The translations under genes were made by a program, and so were the position numbers. Below, piece after piece: positions 26,615-40,284 of a stretch of DNA of 64,000 nt (position 1 is its first letter; each line of letters starts with the position of its first letter). Under the pieces are notes generated by a model that had not been told where the DNA came from, searched no databases, and was given only the letters and a program-made list of their open reading frames with translations. The DNA is taken from NCBI GenBank assembly GCA_050613775.1, contig JBODTK010000014.1, positions 62,001 to 126,000 on the forward strand, written 5' to 3'. Source of the DNA: Neocallimastix sp. 'constans' (lineage: Eukaryota).

Positions 26615-29436
26615 TATCAATTAATAATATTATTTATTGAATTAATTTTTTATTTTTTATTATTTTTTTTTTTATATTTTATTTTTTGTTTGTATTATAA
26701 TTAGAATATGGAAGAAATTTAACAATTTTAAGAACTCCAACATTTACAAAATTAGTTAGAATTGGTTTACCTAATGTTTTAAGAGGAGAAATATGGGAAA
26801 TTTGTTCAGGTTCAATTTATTTAAGATTTTTAAATCAAGGTTATTATCAAAAAATTCTCGAAAAATATGCTGGACATGTTTCTTTATCTACCGAAGAAAT
26901 TGAAAAAGATCTTAATCGTAGTTTACCGGAATATAAGGCCTATCAAACAGAAGAAGGTATTAATTCATTAAGAAGAGTACTTTATGCCTATTCTTTTCAT
27001 AATCCAGAATTAGGTTATTGTCAAGCCATGAATATTGTTGCTAGTGTTTTATTAATTTTTATGACCGAAGAACAAGTATTTTGGATGTTAACGGTTCTTT
27101 GTGATCGTTTATTACCAGGTTATTATAGTGTTAATATGGTTGGTGTTATTATTGATAATCAAGTTTTTGAATCTTTAGTGCTAAAATATATGCCATCGAT
27201 TAGTGAACATTTTAAAAAATATGATATTCAACTTTCCATTGTTTGTCTGCCATGGTTCCTTTCTCTTTTCATCAATTCCTTCCCAATAACATTAGCATTC
27301 CGTGTATTGGATTGTTTCTTTTTACAGGGTCCATCCATTCTATTCCAATTAGGTTTAGGTATTTTGAAGGCTAATGCTAAAAAATTATTGAATGCTAAGG
27401 ATGATGGGGAAGTTATGAATATCTTTAAAGACTATTTTGCTACTTCCGAAGAACAGGTCATGACTACTAATATGAGGAATAATATAATATTGATGAAATT
27501 TAATGCATTATTAATTGATTCATTACGTGACTTTAAAGGGGTCACTTATGAATTAATTTCAAAAATGAGAAAATCTCATCAATACCGTGTTGTTCACAGT
27601 ATTCAGAATTATAAAAAGCGTTCAGATATTCGTGATTTAAAAAATACTCATCTCTTTAATAATGAAGATCTATCTAAACTCTACGATCAATTTTATACCT
27701 CTAAATTTTATGGTCGTGAAGAATCTACTCAAACTGACGATAATGAAAAAATGGATTTAAATACTTTTCAAGTTTTTATTTCACAAATTGCTACATGGGG
27801 TCATAATAAAAAGGAACTTAAAAAGTATGAAATGAAACAAGAGAAAGAGAAAAATAGATTGGAACGTAAAATAAGTAAGGATTCAACAACCACAAATATT
27901 ACGTTAAAGCAACCACCAAAAGATAAAAGTAATATTAAGGATAATTTAAATGATTCCAGTTCACTGGAAGATATTGATACTCTTGTTAATGAAAGTTCAA
28001 GTAACGTAAATGTTATTACTACTGCTTCTTCTAGTAGTACTAATATTGACAATAAGGTTGATACCAAAAATGATACCAAAATCGATGTCAATATTAATAC
28101 CAATACCAATACCAATACCAATACCAATACTAATGCCAATACTAATACCAATATTGATACCAATCATCATAACACTTCAGATATTACTCATAAGAATTCA
28201 ATTTCAAATATTAGTGAATCATCTTCAACAACATCTACTTTAGGTTGTGATGCCTTAGTAGGTTTTACATTCTTAAATCGTTTATTTGAATTTTTTGATA
28301 AGAATCATCATGGTTATTTAGAATTTCAAGATATCGTAGATGGTATTGGTGAAATAAAATTTGGTGGATTAATGAGTCATATTGATATGTTATTCCATGT
28401 TCATGACACCGGCCATAAAGGATATCTTTCACGTGAAGATATTATACTTGTCGGTGAAAGTTTATTATTCCTCTGTCGTAAGATGGAAGGGGATCAACAT
28501 TTAAGTGCTGTTTCTGATTTAATGAAGGAAGCTTTTGGATTAGCAGAAGAATTAAAAAAAGAGAAAAAAATAAGAAATGAAAAGTTAAAATTGGATGAGA
28601 AGACCTCAACAGAAACAACCACTCAGGAACAATCTAAAGAAGAAGAAGAACAAGTACAATCTAAAGAAGAAGAACAAAAGCAATCTAAAGAACAAGAGCA
28701 AGAACAATCTAAAGAAGAAGAACAAAAGCAATCTAAAGAAAAAGAGCAAGAACAATCTAAAGAACAAGAACAAGAACAATCTAAAGAACAAAAGGAAAAA
28801 GAAGAAAAGAAAGATACCATAACAAAGAAAGAATCAAAAGGAACTAAGGAAGCAATTACTAAGAATGAGGAAGACAGGGAACAAGAAAAAATTGATGAAC
28901 CCTCCAAAGTGACTTCTACTACTTCACAAATAAATGATTATATGAATGATATGCAATTTCCATTAAGTACTTTTCGTTTATTAATTATGAATAATCCTTT
29001 CTTTGTTCAGTATTTCTCTGATTTTGAAAATACTATTAATTTTAATATGAATATTGCCGCTAATGTTGAAGGCGTTAAAACTGAAATTTTAGATTTAATT
29101 TGGAATGAAGGAGTTAAATGGGCAAAGAAAAGAGTTCAAACAAATAATAATAGTAATAATAGTGGTGGAAAATCCTCTTCTAAACCAATTAAATCAAGCA
29201 AGAATAACGCTAATCTTTCATCATCATATAATAGTGAACTTTCACCACCAACATTAATTCATAAGAGTTCTCGTCAAGATATTACCTATACTTATAGTAA
29301 TGCCGAAGAAGATGATGATAATGAAGAAGCTGATTCAATGGAAAAACTTCTTGATAATATGGAAATGTCTATTAGTGAAGAAAATTCTGTTCCACCTCCC
29401 GATAATATAAATAATCTTTTTAATCCATTTAATTAA
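23551..29436 (+). CDS. MDR1: Rab GTPase-activating protein, GRAM-GRAM-TBC-EF-hand (TBC1D8/9, yeast Mdr1/Gyp2-like); about 9-10 exons, last exon ~26705-29436
   Basis: GRAM motifs (YSCSY..QGWMYIS..CFYSFILG; FQQLFNLPEQE), TBC domain (LVRIGLPNVLRGEIWE, IEKDLNRSL R-finger, GYCQAMN Q-finger), EF-hand-like FDKNHHGYLEFQD and HDTGHKGYLSRED. Confidence 0.9.
28625..28795 (+). repeat. In-frame 24-bp coding tandem repeat (QSKEEEQK-like, ~7 copies)
   Basis: CAATCTAAAGAA recurs every 24-27 bp inside the TBC gene. Confidence 0.9.
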
Positions 29437-29841
29437 TTAAAAAAAAAAAAAAAAAAAAATTATATTTTTATTATTTTTAATTTTTTTTTTTTTTTTAAAA
29501 ATAAAAAATATAATTATAATATATAAATTAATAACAATAATAACAATAATAATAACAATAATAATAATAATAAATTAATTATTATTATTGTGTATAAGAA
29601 GGGTTAATAAATAATTAACCATTTGAATAATAATAATAAAAAGAATAAAAATAAAAAAAATAAAATATAATAAATAATAAATAATAAATAATTATAAATA
29701 ATTATAAATAATTATAAATAATAATAAATAATTATAAATAATAAAAAATAACAATGTAAAAAATATTATTAAGTATTATTAAGTACTAAAACTATTAAAT
29801 AATAAATTATATCTTTACAAATAAATAAAATATAAATAGTG

Positions 29842-29903
<62 letters not shown>

Positions 29904-30466
29904 ATTTCATATATTTTTTTATCTTTTTCTTTTTTTTTTTTTTTTTTTTTTCCTTGAAATTTATAATATAATTTTTTTTATTTATTAATAAACTACAATA
30001 AATTACAATTAAGAGATATAAATAATAATGAAAGTATATGTATATTTCATAATATATATATAAAGATAAAAAGGGCTGAAAAAAATAAAAATATATATTT
30101 GCATATTAGTGTTAATTTGAATAATAATGATAATAATAGATGATAAAAATTTATATATATTAAAATTAATAATACATTAAACAATTTATTCAAATAAGTC
30201 ATCTTTAAATTATTTTGCTTATTAAATAAAGAATTAAATTTTAAAATATATTCATAATAAATAATAATAATTAAATATTAAATATGATGGGAGAGATATA
30301 ATTGAAAAAAAAAAAAAAATAAAATAAAAAATAAAATAAAAAATAAAGAAAAAAGAGTGGTAAAAGTAATAGATTATGAATTATTGCAGGAAAAATAGAT
30401 ACTATAGGGAATAATAAAATCGAGAAAAATCTGAGGGTATATCTATACTATTATACTGTTGTAGGA

Positions 30467-30500
<34 letters not shown>

Positions 30501-30959
30501 CAATTGTATCACCTCTAATTTCTAAGCTATATTATAGAATAAATGAAGAAAGAATTTATTATCATTAAGATATCATAAACTATTAAAACTTTTTTATTTT
30601 TTTATATTTATTTATTTACTTTTTTTTTGGGAGCATTTAAAAATAAAATAAAATAAAATAAATGATTTTATAATTAAAAAAAAAAATAAATAAATAATGT
30701 CAGTTAAAAAATCTTCATTTATATTTTAATTTTAATATTTTTTTAAATTATTGTTATATAAAACTAAATTTTAAAAAAAAAAAATCAAAAAATATTTTTT
30801 AAATATATATATTTTTTTATTACAATGTGGTACAATTAATATAAATAAATAATATATAAATATTCCTATATTCAATAAAATTTTTTAATATACTATATAT
30901 AAAATTAAAATATATATTAAAATATATCAAATAACAGATTTATTTTTAAAATCTTTTTT

Positions 30960-31007
<48 letters not shown>

Positions 31008-31141
31008 ATCAACTTTATATTAAGTGAAATGAAATAAAATAAATAAAAAAAAATATTTATTTTAATATTTTTTAATAGTAAAAGTTTTAATTTTGAATTA
31101 TAGTCATTTCATCATTATTATAAGTTAATAAAACCAATAAA

Positions 31142-31537
31142 ATGAAATTTTTTATCATCTATTCTGTATTTCATTGGTTTAAACTTTGCATGCTACTAAT
31201 AAGGGTTTTGTTTGAGTTGGAAAAGATTCCAATTTTATGAAGACGGAAAGCGTTTCGTTGTTTAAGGGTGTTGTTAATTATTGACAAGCGATGAATTTAG
31301 GTGCTCAGAACACCGGTCATCGTATTCATCTTATTAATGATCTAAATAAAATGAAATCTTTCAATATTCATAATCTTCGTATAATTGCTGCTTTAGAAGG
31401 TCCTGAAACTATCCAAAAGCTATAAAATGTTCTAATACCTGAACATGATGCTTATAATGAAAATATGTTTAAAGGTTTAGATCATACACTTCATTAAATG
31501 AAGAAAAGAGGAATGATGACGATTATGGCTTTTAAAT

Positions 31538-31573
<36 letters not shown>

Positions 31574-31714
31574 GCAATAGAGTGGGGGTTTCTTTCAATA
31601 TATATTTTTTTGGATCACTAATACTATTATTCCTTTCTATCCAAGTTATCCTGAAAATGATCCTCTTACTTGGCATATTTGGAATAAATTCTTACTTGTA
31701 AAGAAAATGTATCG

Positions 31715-31746
<32 letters not shown>

Positions 31747-31859
31747 TTAAGACTATTATTAGTCGTAAAAAAATGTGTATATTGGGATTCGTTATAAAGA
31801 TGATGACTACATCTTTTCTTGGGAATTTATTAATGAACCAAAACAAAAATTTCAAATAA
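31142..31859 (+). pseudogene. Intronless GH5 beta-mannosidase/mannanase pseudogene (GH5_41/CmMan5A-like), truncated after the NEP motif
   Basis: Fragments translate to NY*QAMNLGA..HLINDLNKMKSFNIHNLRIIAALEGP..AYNENMFKGLDHTLH*MKKRGM..WQ*SGG..KHIKTIISRK..RYKDDDYIFSWEFINEP, with several stops and frameshifts. Confidence 0.88.
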
Positions 31860-32454
31860 TATATAGATATAAATCATTTTTATTAAATATTAAATAATAA
31901 AATAATAAAATATTAAAATATTAAATTTTATTATTCAAAGAATAATATATTTAACTTAAGAGATATTATAGAAATTAATTTTTTATTTGTAAAATTATAA
32001 ATAAAATAAAAAGTAATTATATAAATTATATTTAACATAATAGAAATTATTGAATTTATTAAATTTGAATAGAATGATTTTTATTCTTTATTTGAGGTTC
32101 AATTTTATTAAATATAATTTCTAAAACAAAATAATTTTTTTTTTTTTTTAATTTTATTTTTTTTTAAAAAAAAAATTGTATACTTATTAAAATTAACTTT
32201 ACTATTCTTTTTATATAATATTTTTTTATTTTTTTTCTATATATATTTATATTAATATCATAATGTTATTTTCAAACACTTATAGAAAAATATAAATATT
32301 ATATATTCTTATTCTTCTCATTCTTGTTATGATACTAATACAGCTTAAAATTTTGTAATTAATTTTTTAATTTTTACTATATAACTAAAATTTTCTATAT
32401 AACTAAATATATCTTTACTTCATTATATTATTATTATTATTATTATTATATTAT

Positions 32455-32722
32455 TTTTTTTATAGACTGAAGACTTTTGTCTCCCCCCATATATTAATAT
32501 GGGCGTATGATTAACTGCTATACCGGTACGGCGTCGGCCCTCTCAACTCCCCATAAGCAAAAAAACTCCATATAGAAGCACCTTACGCGATCCTCAAAGG
32601 AAAGCAGAGCCCGCTATAGGTGACGTCCTTGCCATCCAAGAGGAGCTGGAAACTGTAATCCTCTCAGACAAGTCCTAAGCATTGGGATTAGAAATATAGA
32701 AAACATACCTACCTAAGCATCA
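32455..32722 (-). repeat. GC-rich dispersed element copy B with 3' A-run/(TAA)n tail; probably continues at ~34380-34435 beyond an inserted TIR element
   Basis: Reverse complement aligns with 15015-15250; ends ..GGGGGGAGACAAAAGTCTTCAGTCTATA(A)n TAATATAATAAT. Confidence 0.6.
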
Positions 32723-34378
32723 GGGATTGTGCATTTCTCAATGTGGCGTATAAATTTTTTTAAATAAAAGCCATACATTTTTATGATATTTTATACAATC
32801 ATAAATAATTATTATTTTAAAAGAAATAATAAAATATTTTATCAGTTAAATATTATTAAATAACTATTTCCAAAGAAATAATAATATATTTTTTCAATTA
32901 AATATTATTAAATAACTATTTATAAAGGAATGTGGTCCATTTCGCCAATTTTTTTTTGAAATTTTAATAAGCCATCTATTTATTTGTGGCTTTTAAAATT
33001 TATATTATTACGCCATAAAATATAATATAATTTTAAGTAAAAAAGAAATAAATGTATAAATAAATAAGTAAATAAATAAATAAAAATTAAAAAGGTCAAT
33101 AAAAAATGTTAAAGTATTTTATTAATATTTTTTTTAAATAAATAAATCTATATAATTGCTAAAGTATTTTATTAATAGTTGTTTAAATATTTTATTAATA
33201 TTTTTTAAATAAATAAATCTATATAATTGTTAAAGTATTTTATTAATATTTTTTTTAAATAAATAAATCTATATAATTGCTAAAGTATTTTATTAATAGT
33301 TGTTTAAATATTTTATTAATATTTTTTAAATAAATAAATCTATATAATTGTTAAAGTATTTTATTAATATTTTTTTTAAATAAATAAATCTATATAATTG
33401 CTAAAGTATTTTATTAATAGTTGTTTAAATATTTTATTAATATTTTTTAAATAAATAAATCTATATAATTGTTAAAGTATTTTATTAATATTTTTTTTAA
33501 ATAAATAAATCTATATAATTGCTAAAGTATTTTATTAATAGTTGTTTAAATATTTTATTAATATTTTTTAAATAAATAAATCTATATAATTGTTAAAGTA
33601 TTTTATTAATATTTTTTTTAAATAAATAAATCTATATAATTGCTAAAGTATTTTATTAATAGTTGTTTAAATATTTTATTAATATTTTTTAAATAAATAA
33701 ATCTATATAATTGTTAAAGTATTTTATTAATATTTTTTTTTAAATAAATAAATCTATACAATTGTTAAAGTATTTTATTAATATTTTTTTTTTTAAAATA
33801 AACCTTTTAATTGTTTGAATATTAAACCTTTTAATTGTTTGAATATTTTATTTTATTTTTTTTTTTTTGTAAAAAAATATTTATTTTTATCTAACCATTA
33901 TAATTTATTTAATTATTCACTTAATAAATTTTAAGAAAAAAATTACAAATTAATAATACAACAAAATAGTATCATATAACTATTAATTTAAAAAGCCTCA
34001 AAATTTGATATATCACGTGAAAATTGGCGTTTTGGACCTCTCCCTTTCTAAAGAAATAATAATATATTTTTTCAATTAAATATTATTAAATAACTATTTC
34101 TAAAGAAATAATAATATATTTTTTCAATTAAATATTATTAAATAACTATTTCTAAAGAAATAATAATATATTTTTTCAATTAAATATTATTAAATAACTA
34201 TTTCTAAAGAAATAATAATATATTCTATTAAAAAAGAATTATAAAATTATTTTTATAATTGAATATTAATAAATTATATATATAAAAAAAGAATATTTAT
34301 TATATATTTGATTATTAAAAAAATACAAGCCACATATAAAATACGCCACATTGCGAAATGCACGATTGCGAAATGCAC
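32723..34378. mobile_element. Non-autonomous TIR element (MITE-like) with an internal 52-bp tandem array
   Basis: TIRs GTGCATTTCTCAATGTGGCGTAT (32729) and ATACGCCACATTGCGAAATGCAC (34341-34363), the right end partly duplicated to 34378; no TSD identified. Confidence 0.75.
32928..34044 (+). mobile_element. Internal-deletion derivative of the 10504-16001 MULE, inverted and nested in the TIR element
   Basis: Both MULE termini are near-identical (GAATGTGGTCCATTTCGCC.., ..GGCGTTTTGGACCTCTCCC); minisatellite retained; TSD TTTATAAAG/TTTCTAAAG (8/9 match). Confidence 0.92.
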
Positions 34379-34710
34379 TAGATTCTTATGTATCGTTTAA
34401 CCCCTAATTTTTCACGTAAAACCCAAAAGGTTTTTTTTATTATATATATTATTAAGCTATTATTAATATTTGTCTTGATGAAATTATAATATATTATACA
34501 TTATATATATTATATATTATATAATAGACTAAATTTAAAATTTAATAATGGACTAAATTTAATTATATAATTTTTAATTTTTTTTTTTTGTTTTTAAAAA
34601 TTAATACAATTTTATTATTTATAAAAATAATTATATATATATAATAAATAATTAAATATGCATTAATAATAATTTATATCAATATTTTATATAAAAATAA
34701 AAAAGAATCA

Positions 34711-35860
34711 ATGGATAGTACGATCAATTCATTAAATATAAATAACTTTAATTAATCCAAAAAAAAGTGAATTAAAAACTTATCTTCTTCTTCTTCTTCT
34801 TTTTTTGTTTTCTTTATATATATATTTAATATTTTTTTAGATAAAGAAAAAGGTAAAAATTATATAGAGATTTTATCAGATTCAGAAAATGATAGTATAC
34901 CCAATAAAGTAAATACCTTTCCAAAAGAAATAGATTTTAGTGAAATTTTAGATTCTGATGACGATGATGATGATTTATTGAAAGATTCTTATTCCTCACT
35001 AAAAATGATAGTAAATGATTCATTTGGTTCTGATGGAAGTATTGACTCAATTAAAGATAAAAGGAAAGATAATACATCTGAAGAAAGTAAATTTCAGAAA
35101 AAAATTAAAAATTTTAGGGTAAACTAAACAAACTAAAAAAAAAAAAAAAACATTTAATAATATAATATATTAAAATATATATATATATATATATTTTAAT
35201 TAAATTAGGATAATAAATTTATTATTATTTTAATTTTTATTTTATTGTCCTTATTGAAATCATTAATATTATTATTTAATGATGTTTTAAATCTTTATTA
35301 TTATTATAATAATATATGTACATATTTTAAATTTTTATATAATTGTATATATTTTTATATTTTATAATTTATTAAAAAAAAAAAAAATAAAAAATGGTAA
35401 TATATCTTATCAGTAGTTAAAAAAAAATAAAGAAAAAATTAAGAAAGAACAAATTGTACAAAAAATTTTTGAAGAATCAGAATCAAAACAAGTATCAGAA
35501 AATGAAGCTGAAATGGTAGAAGATAAATCTGATGATTCTGAAAAATCAAAGAAAGAACAAAAAATAAGTGATTATATAAAACAAAAACTTGGTAAACGTA
35601 AAAGAAAAAAGCTTTCAGAAGCAAATAGTAAAGATGCAAATTCAATTACTGATTTTTTCGATCGTGGTGATAAACGAAAATCAAAAAGTAAAAAAAGTTA
35701 GTATCAAATTTTTATTAAATATTATTTATTTCTTTATATATATAAATTCTTATTCTTATTATTATATTATTATTACTATTATTATTATTATTTTATTTTA
35801 TTATTTTATTTTATTTTATTTTATTTTATTTTTATTTTATTTTATTTTTATTTTTATTTT

Positions 35861-35892
<32 letters not shown>

Positions 35893-37763
35893 TTATTAAC
35901 CATAGTTAATTCAATTTTAATGTAAACTTAACAATTAATTTTAATATATATATAAATATATATATATTTTTTGTATATATCAAAAATTTTTTATTTTATA
36001 AATATATATATATATAAAATCATTTTATAACCTATATTTTTAATAAGTAATATCCACAATATTATCAAGTTCAATAGAAGAAAATAAAAAAGAAAAAGAA
36101 AAGGATAAAGAAAATAAAGAAGATAAGGATGATAAAGGAAAATTAACAATATTTAAAGAAGAAAAAAAGGTGACAAATTTATTAAGTGATTCTGATGAGG
36201 AGAATAAGAATATAGATGTATTACTTAGGTATATATTTAATTAATATTAAATAAATTTATATTATACATAAATAACATAAATACCTTTTTTCTTTTTCTT
36301 TTTCTTTTTCTTTTCTTTTTTTTTTTTTTTTTTTTTTTTTTATTAAATATACTTATATTCACTTTCTTTTAAAATTTATTTATTTATTTAATATTATTTT
36401 AAAAAAATAAAATATTTGTATATAAAAGTTCTGATAGTGAGAACGAAGAGAAGAAAAGAAAGAAAAAAGTAAAAGAACAGACTAATTCAGAATTTGAAGA
36501 TATTAAGAAAAAAATGAATAATGTTGTGCCAAACTTAATTAATGAAATAAAGTAAGATAATAATTTTATTATTATTATTTATATTATTTATATTATTGTT
36601 GTTGTTATCATCGTAATTATTATTATTAGTAATATTAATCTATAATATAATATATAAATATATATATATGCATATAAATATAATATTATAATTTAAAAAT
36701 AAAATTATAATAGAAATTTAGATACCCAAACCGATTTATTAAAAAATGATGATTTTAACATAATATTAGATGATGATGAAGAAACAAATTCCAGTAATAA
36801 AAATAAAAATAAAATAAATAATAGAGCAAACAATAATGCTAATACTAATAATAATCATAATATGGACATTGAAGAGGATGAAGATGATCTTATAGAAATG
36901 TCAAGTTTAGAAGGTTTTAAAAAAATACATATTACTTTTTATGGTTATAAACTTATGCCAAATAAAGAATTTGTTCGTATCTATCCATTGACATTAGAAG
37001 TTCCAGAGGTAATTTAATTATTATTGTTACTATTATTATTAAAATAAATAATAAATAAATAAATAAATAAAAAATAATAATGATAATAATAATTAAAAAA
37101 AAAATAATAAATTTTTATTTTCTTTTTTTATTTCTTCTGTATTATTCAATTGTTATAAATAAATTATTTATATTAACATTATATAAAGATAATTAATAAT
37201 ATTAATGCTGTTATAATTAATAAATAAAACTAATATATATTTATTTTTATTATTTATTTTTTATTTTTTTATATTTTATTTATTATTATTATTTTTTTTT
37301 TATCTTTTAATTCTTTAATTTTATAAAGACTGCAAAATTTAAGACCATTTTTAAAGCGTATTGTGCAGGAACTAATTTGAAAGAGGATGATATGCTCTTT
37401 AACTATAATAATATTGAAATTTTTTCAACTTCTACCTTAAGAGGATTGGATATGACATCTACATTAGAAAATTATAGAATTGGTAATTATATATATATAT
37501 GATGAAATATAAATAAATAGATGCATATATAAAATAAAAATAAAAATAATATAAATAAAATAGAATTACTGATTATTATTAAATATAAACAAACATAAAC
37601 AAATAATATTAATAATTAATGTCTATTTAATTTAATATATATATAATTATTTAAATATATATTTACATATCCATGCATATATATATCTAATATTTCAATA
37701 TAATATAATAAAAATAATTATAAATGAATATATATATATTCATATTATTATTTTATATTTATA

Positions 37764-37795
<32 letters not shown>

Positions 37796-38492
37796 AAAGA
37801 TGTATTTTATAGAGTAGAATATCCAACCTATAAATATCAATTGAAAGTTCAACAAATATTTAGGGAAGAAAAGAAAAAAGAAGAACAGAAAAGAGAAGAG
37901 ATGCAAAAAATGCGAAAAATGGAATTTGAAAATTCAACCTTTGATGATGATGATTTAGAGGATTCCAATGAACGAATTATTACACTATTTATTCAGGATA
38001 AAAATAAGAAAGAAACGAAACTAATCGTTAATATGGTAAAATAAAATGAACAAAAAAATTTTTTTTTTTTTTAGATAAAAAATATCAAAAACTTTTTTTT
38101 TTTTTTTTTTTTTTGGTTTTCTTTCTTTCTTTAGATAAAAAAAAATATATCAAAAACTATTTTTTTTTTTTTTTTTTTTTAATTATTTAATTATTTAATT
38201 ATTTAATTATTTATACTTTTAATATAAATATCTATAATTCTAATAAATAAATATAAATATAAATATTTATATTTATTTTATTATTATTATTTTTTTTTTT
38301 TTGTATATTCTATATTAGAATGACACCATTAAAAAACTTGGTTCACTCTATCTAAAAGAATTATCTCTAAGTCCTACACTTCTACCCAAGCTTCAATTTT
38401 ATTTTGATGGACAGAAATTAAACCCTGAAGAAACCTTAAAAAAAATAGATATTGATAATCAGGATATTTTAGATTTAAAAATAGACAATTAA
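34711..38492 (+). CDS. Rad60/Esc2/NIP45 (RENi)-like protein: acidic low-complexity N-terminus and two C-terminal SUMO-like domains; ~9 exons
   Basis: Exons ~34711-34717, 34841-35118, 35417-35697, 36048-36228, 36428-36551, 36714-37008, 37329-37482, 37800-38035, 38320-38492. C-terminus ITLFIQDKNKKETKLIV..LQFYFDGQKLNPEETLKKIDIDNQDILDL resembles Rad60 SLD2; FKTIFKAYC..LFNYNNIEIFSTSTL resembles SLD1. Confidence 0.75.
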
Positions 38493-38508
38493 CAATAGGA
38501 TATTAAAA

Positions 38509-38562
<54 letters not shown>

Positions 38563-38897
38563 TATTAAAATAAAAATAAAAATAAAATTAAAAAAAAATG
38601 AATAATAATAATAATAATACTAGTAATAATAATAAAATAAATATAATAGAAAATATAATAGAAAAAGTATTATTATTATAATTATTATTATTTAAAAAAA
38701 AAAAATTATATATCTTGAATTTTATTTATTTATTTGTTTATTTATTCATTTATTTATTCATTCGTTTGTATATATAATAGAATATAAATAAATATCTATA
38801 TACATTCAAAGAATTAATTAATTAATTAATTATATATATATATATCTATATATTTAAAGAACCCAATTGTATTTCTTTTTCTTTAATCTTTCAATAA

Positions 38898-38928
<31 letters not shown>

Positions 38929-39509
38929 CTATAGTTAATTATTGTATTGCTTTAATATAAATATTAAAAATAAAGTTTATTCCTAGTCTAAAAACAAAAA
39001 AATACAAATAAAAATAAAAAATGTACTAATAATTGTAGAGTCGAGCTATAATTGGAATAATAATAATAATAATTAAGGCTTAGGAATAATTAATATAAAA
39101 AGAAAAATAATACAAGAGTAGATTAGATAAAGACTTTTCGATTTTTTTTTTTTTTTTACAAATCCTAGTTAGCATATAGTTCATGTACAATTTTTATACC
39201 CTAAGTTAGTATATTTATTGTTTAGGTTTTTTTTTGTCTTAATAAAATAAGAAGAATTAGGGAAAAAAAAGGAGTTATAGTTTTTTTTAGTTTTTTATAA
39301 AAAGAATTGAATAAATGATATGTTTAATTGACATATACATACAAACAAAATGATAAAATTCATTTTTCTATATCAATTAAATCCCTCCGTTTTAATATTT
39401 TAAATATAATCCTATTTTATTAATTGGATCTATATTAATGTTATCATTAATATTTATGATCAAGGATTTATTTATTTATTTTTTGTTGTTGTTTTTGTTA
39501 CTTTCTTTT

Positions 39510-39543
<34 letters not shown>

Positions 39544-39559
39544 TTTTCAAATAAAAAAG

Positions 39560-39590
<31 letters not shown>

Positions 39591-40253
39591 CAAAAGTTCT
39601 TTTGAGATATTAAAAAATAGAAAGTCAAAAATAGATTCCAATAATAAATTGATGACATGTCATACTAATTACTTCTTTAATTTATTTATATCCTTTATAT
39701 ATATTCTTTATCATATACTTTTTTTTTTATATCATTATTTATATCATTTAAACTTAAAGATGAAGATCATAAATCATTTATTAATGAAAAAATTTTTAAA
39801 ATTTTTTTAATATTACCATAATCATCCACAAATAATTTTTCTTTTTTTTTATTTTATATGATTTTGTATTAATACATGCATCTCGTACATTTTGATAACA
39901 TTTTAAATAGTTCAGAACTATCATTTAACTCTTTATTATTTTCATCATATAAGTTTAAAAGTGTTAACATAATTCTTATTATCTTAATTTTTAAAATAGT
40001 TTAATAATATAACTTTAAACTTTTATTAAATTTTTTAAAAATTAAAACAATCATAATAATAAAGGATGAAATTATATCACTTTATATTGTAATAAATCTT
40101 CAAGACTTATGATAATAAAAACATCATTTAATTTAAAATATATTTTATTATTTTGATTTTTGCATCTTTTAATGTCTTTAATTATTTATTTAGTTATAAT
40201 AAAATTAAAATAGAAAACTTTTTTTTAATATAATGAATATTTTATCATCTATT

Positions 40254-40284
<31 letters not shown>

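Noticed and set aside
27801..28907. Several short overlapping ORFs on both strands
   Set aside because: Shadows of repetitive coding sequence in the TBC gene.
32466..32485. Hammerhead ribozyme suggested by CTGAAGA plus a small hairpin
   Set aside because: The required GAAA after stem II is absent.
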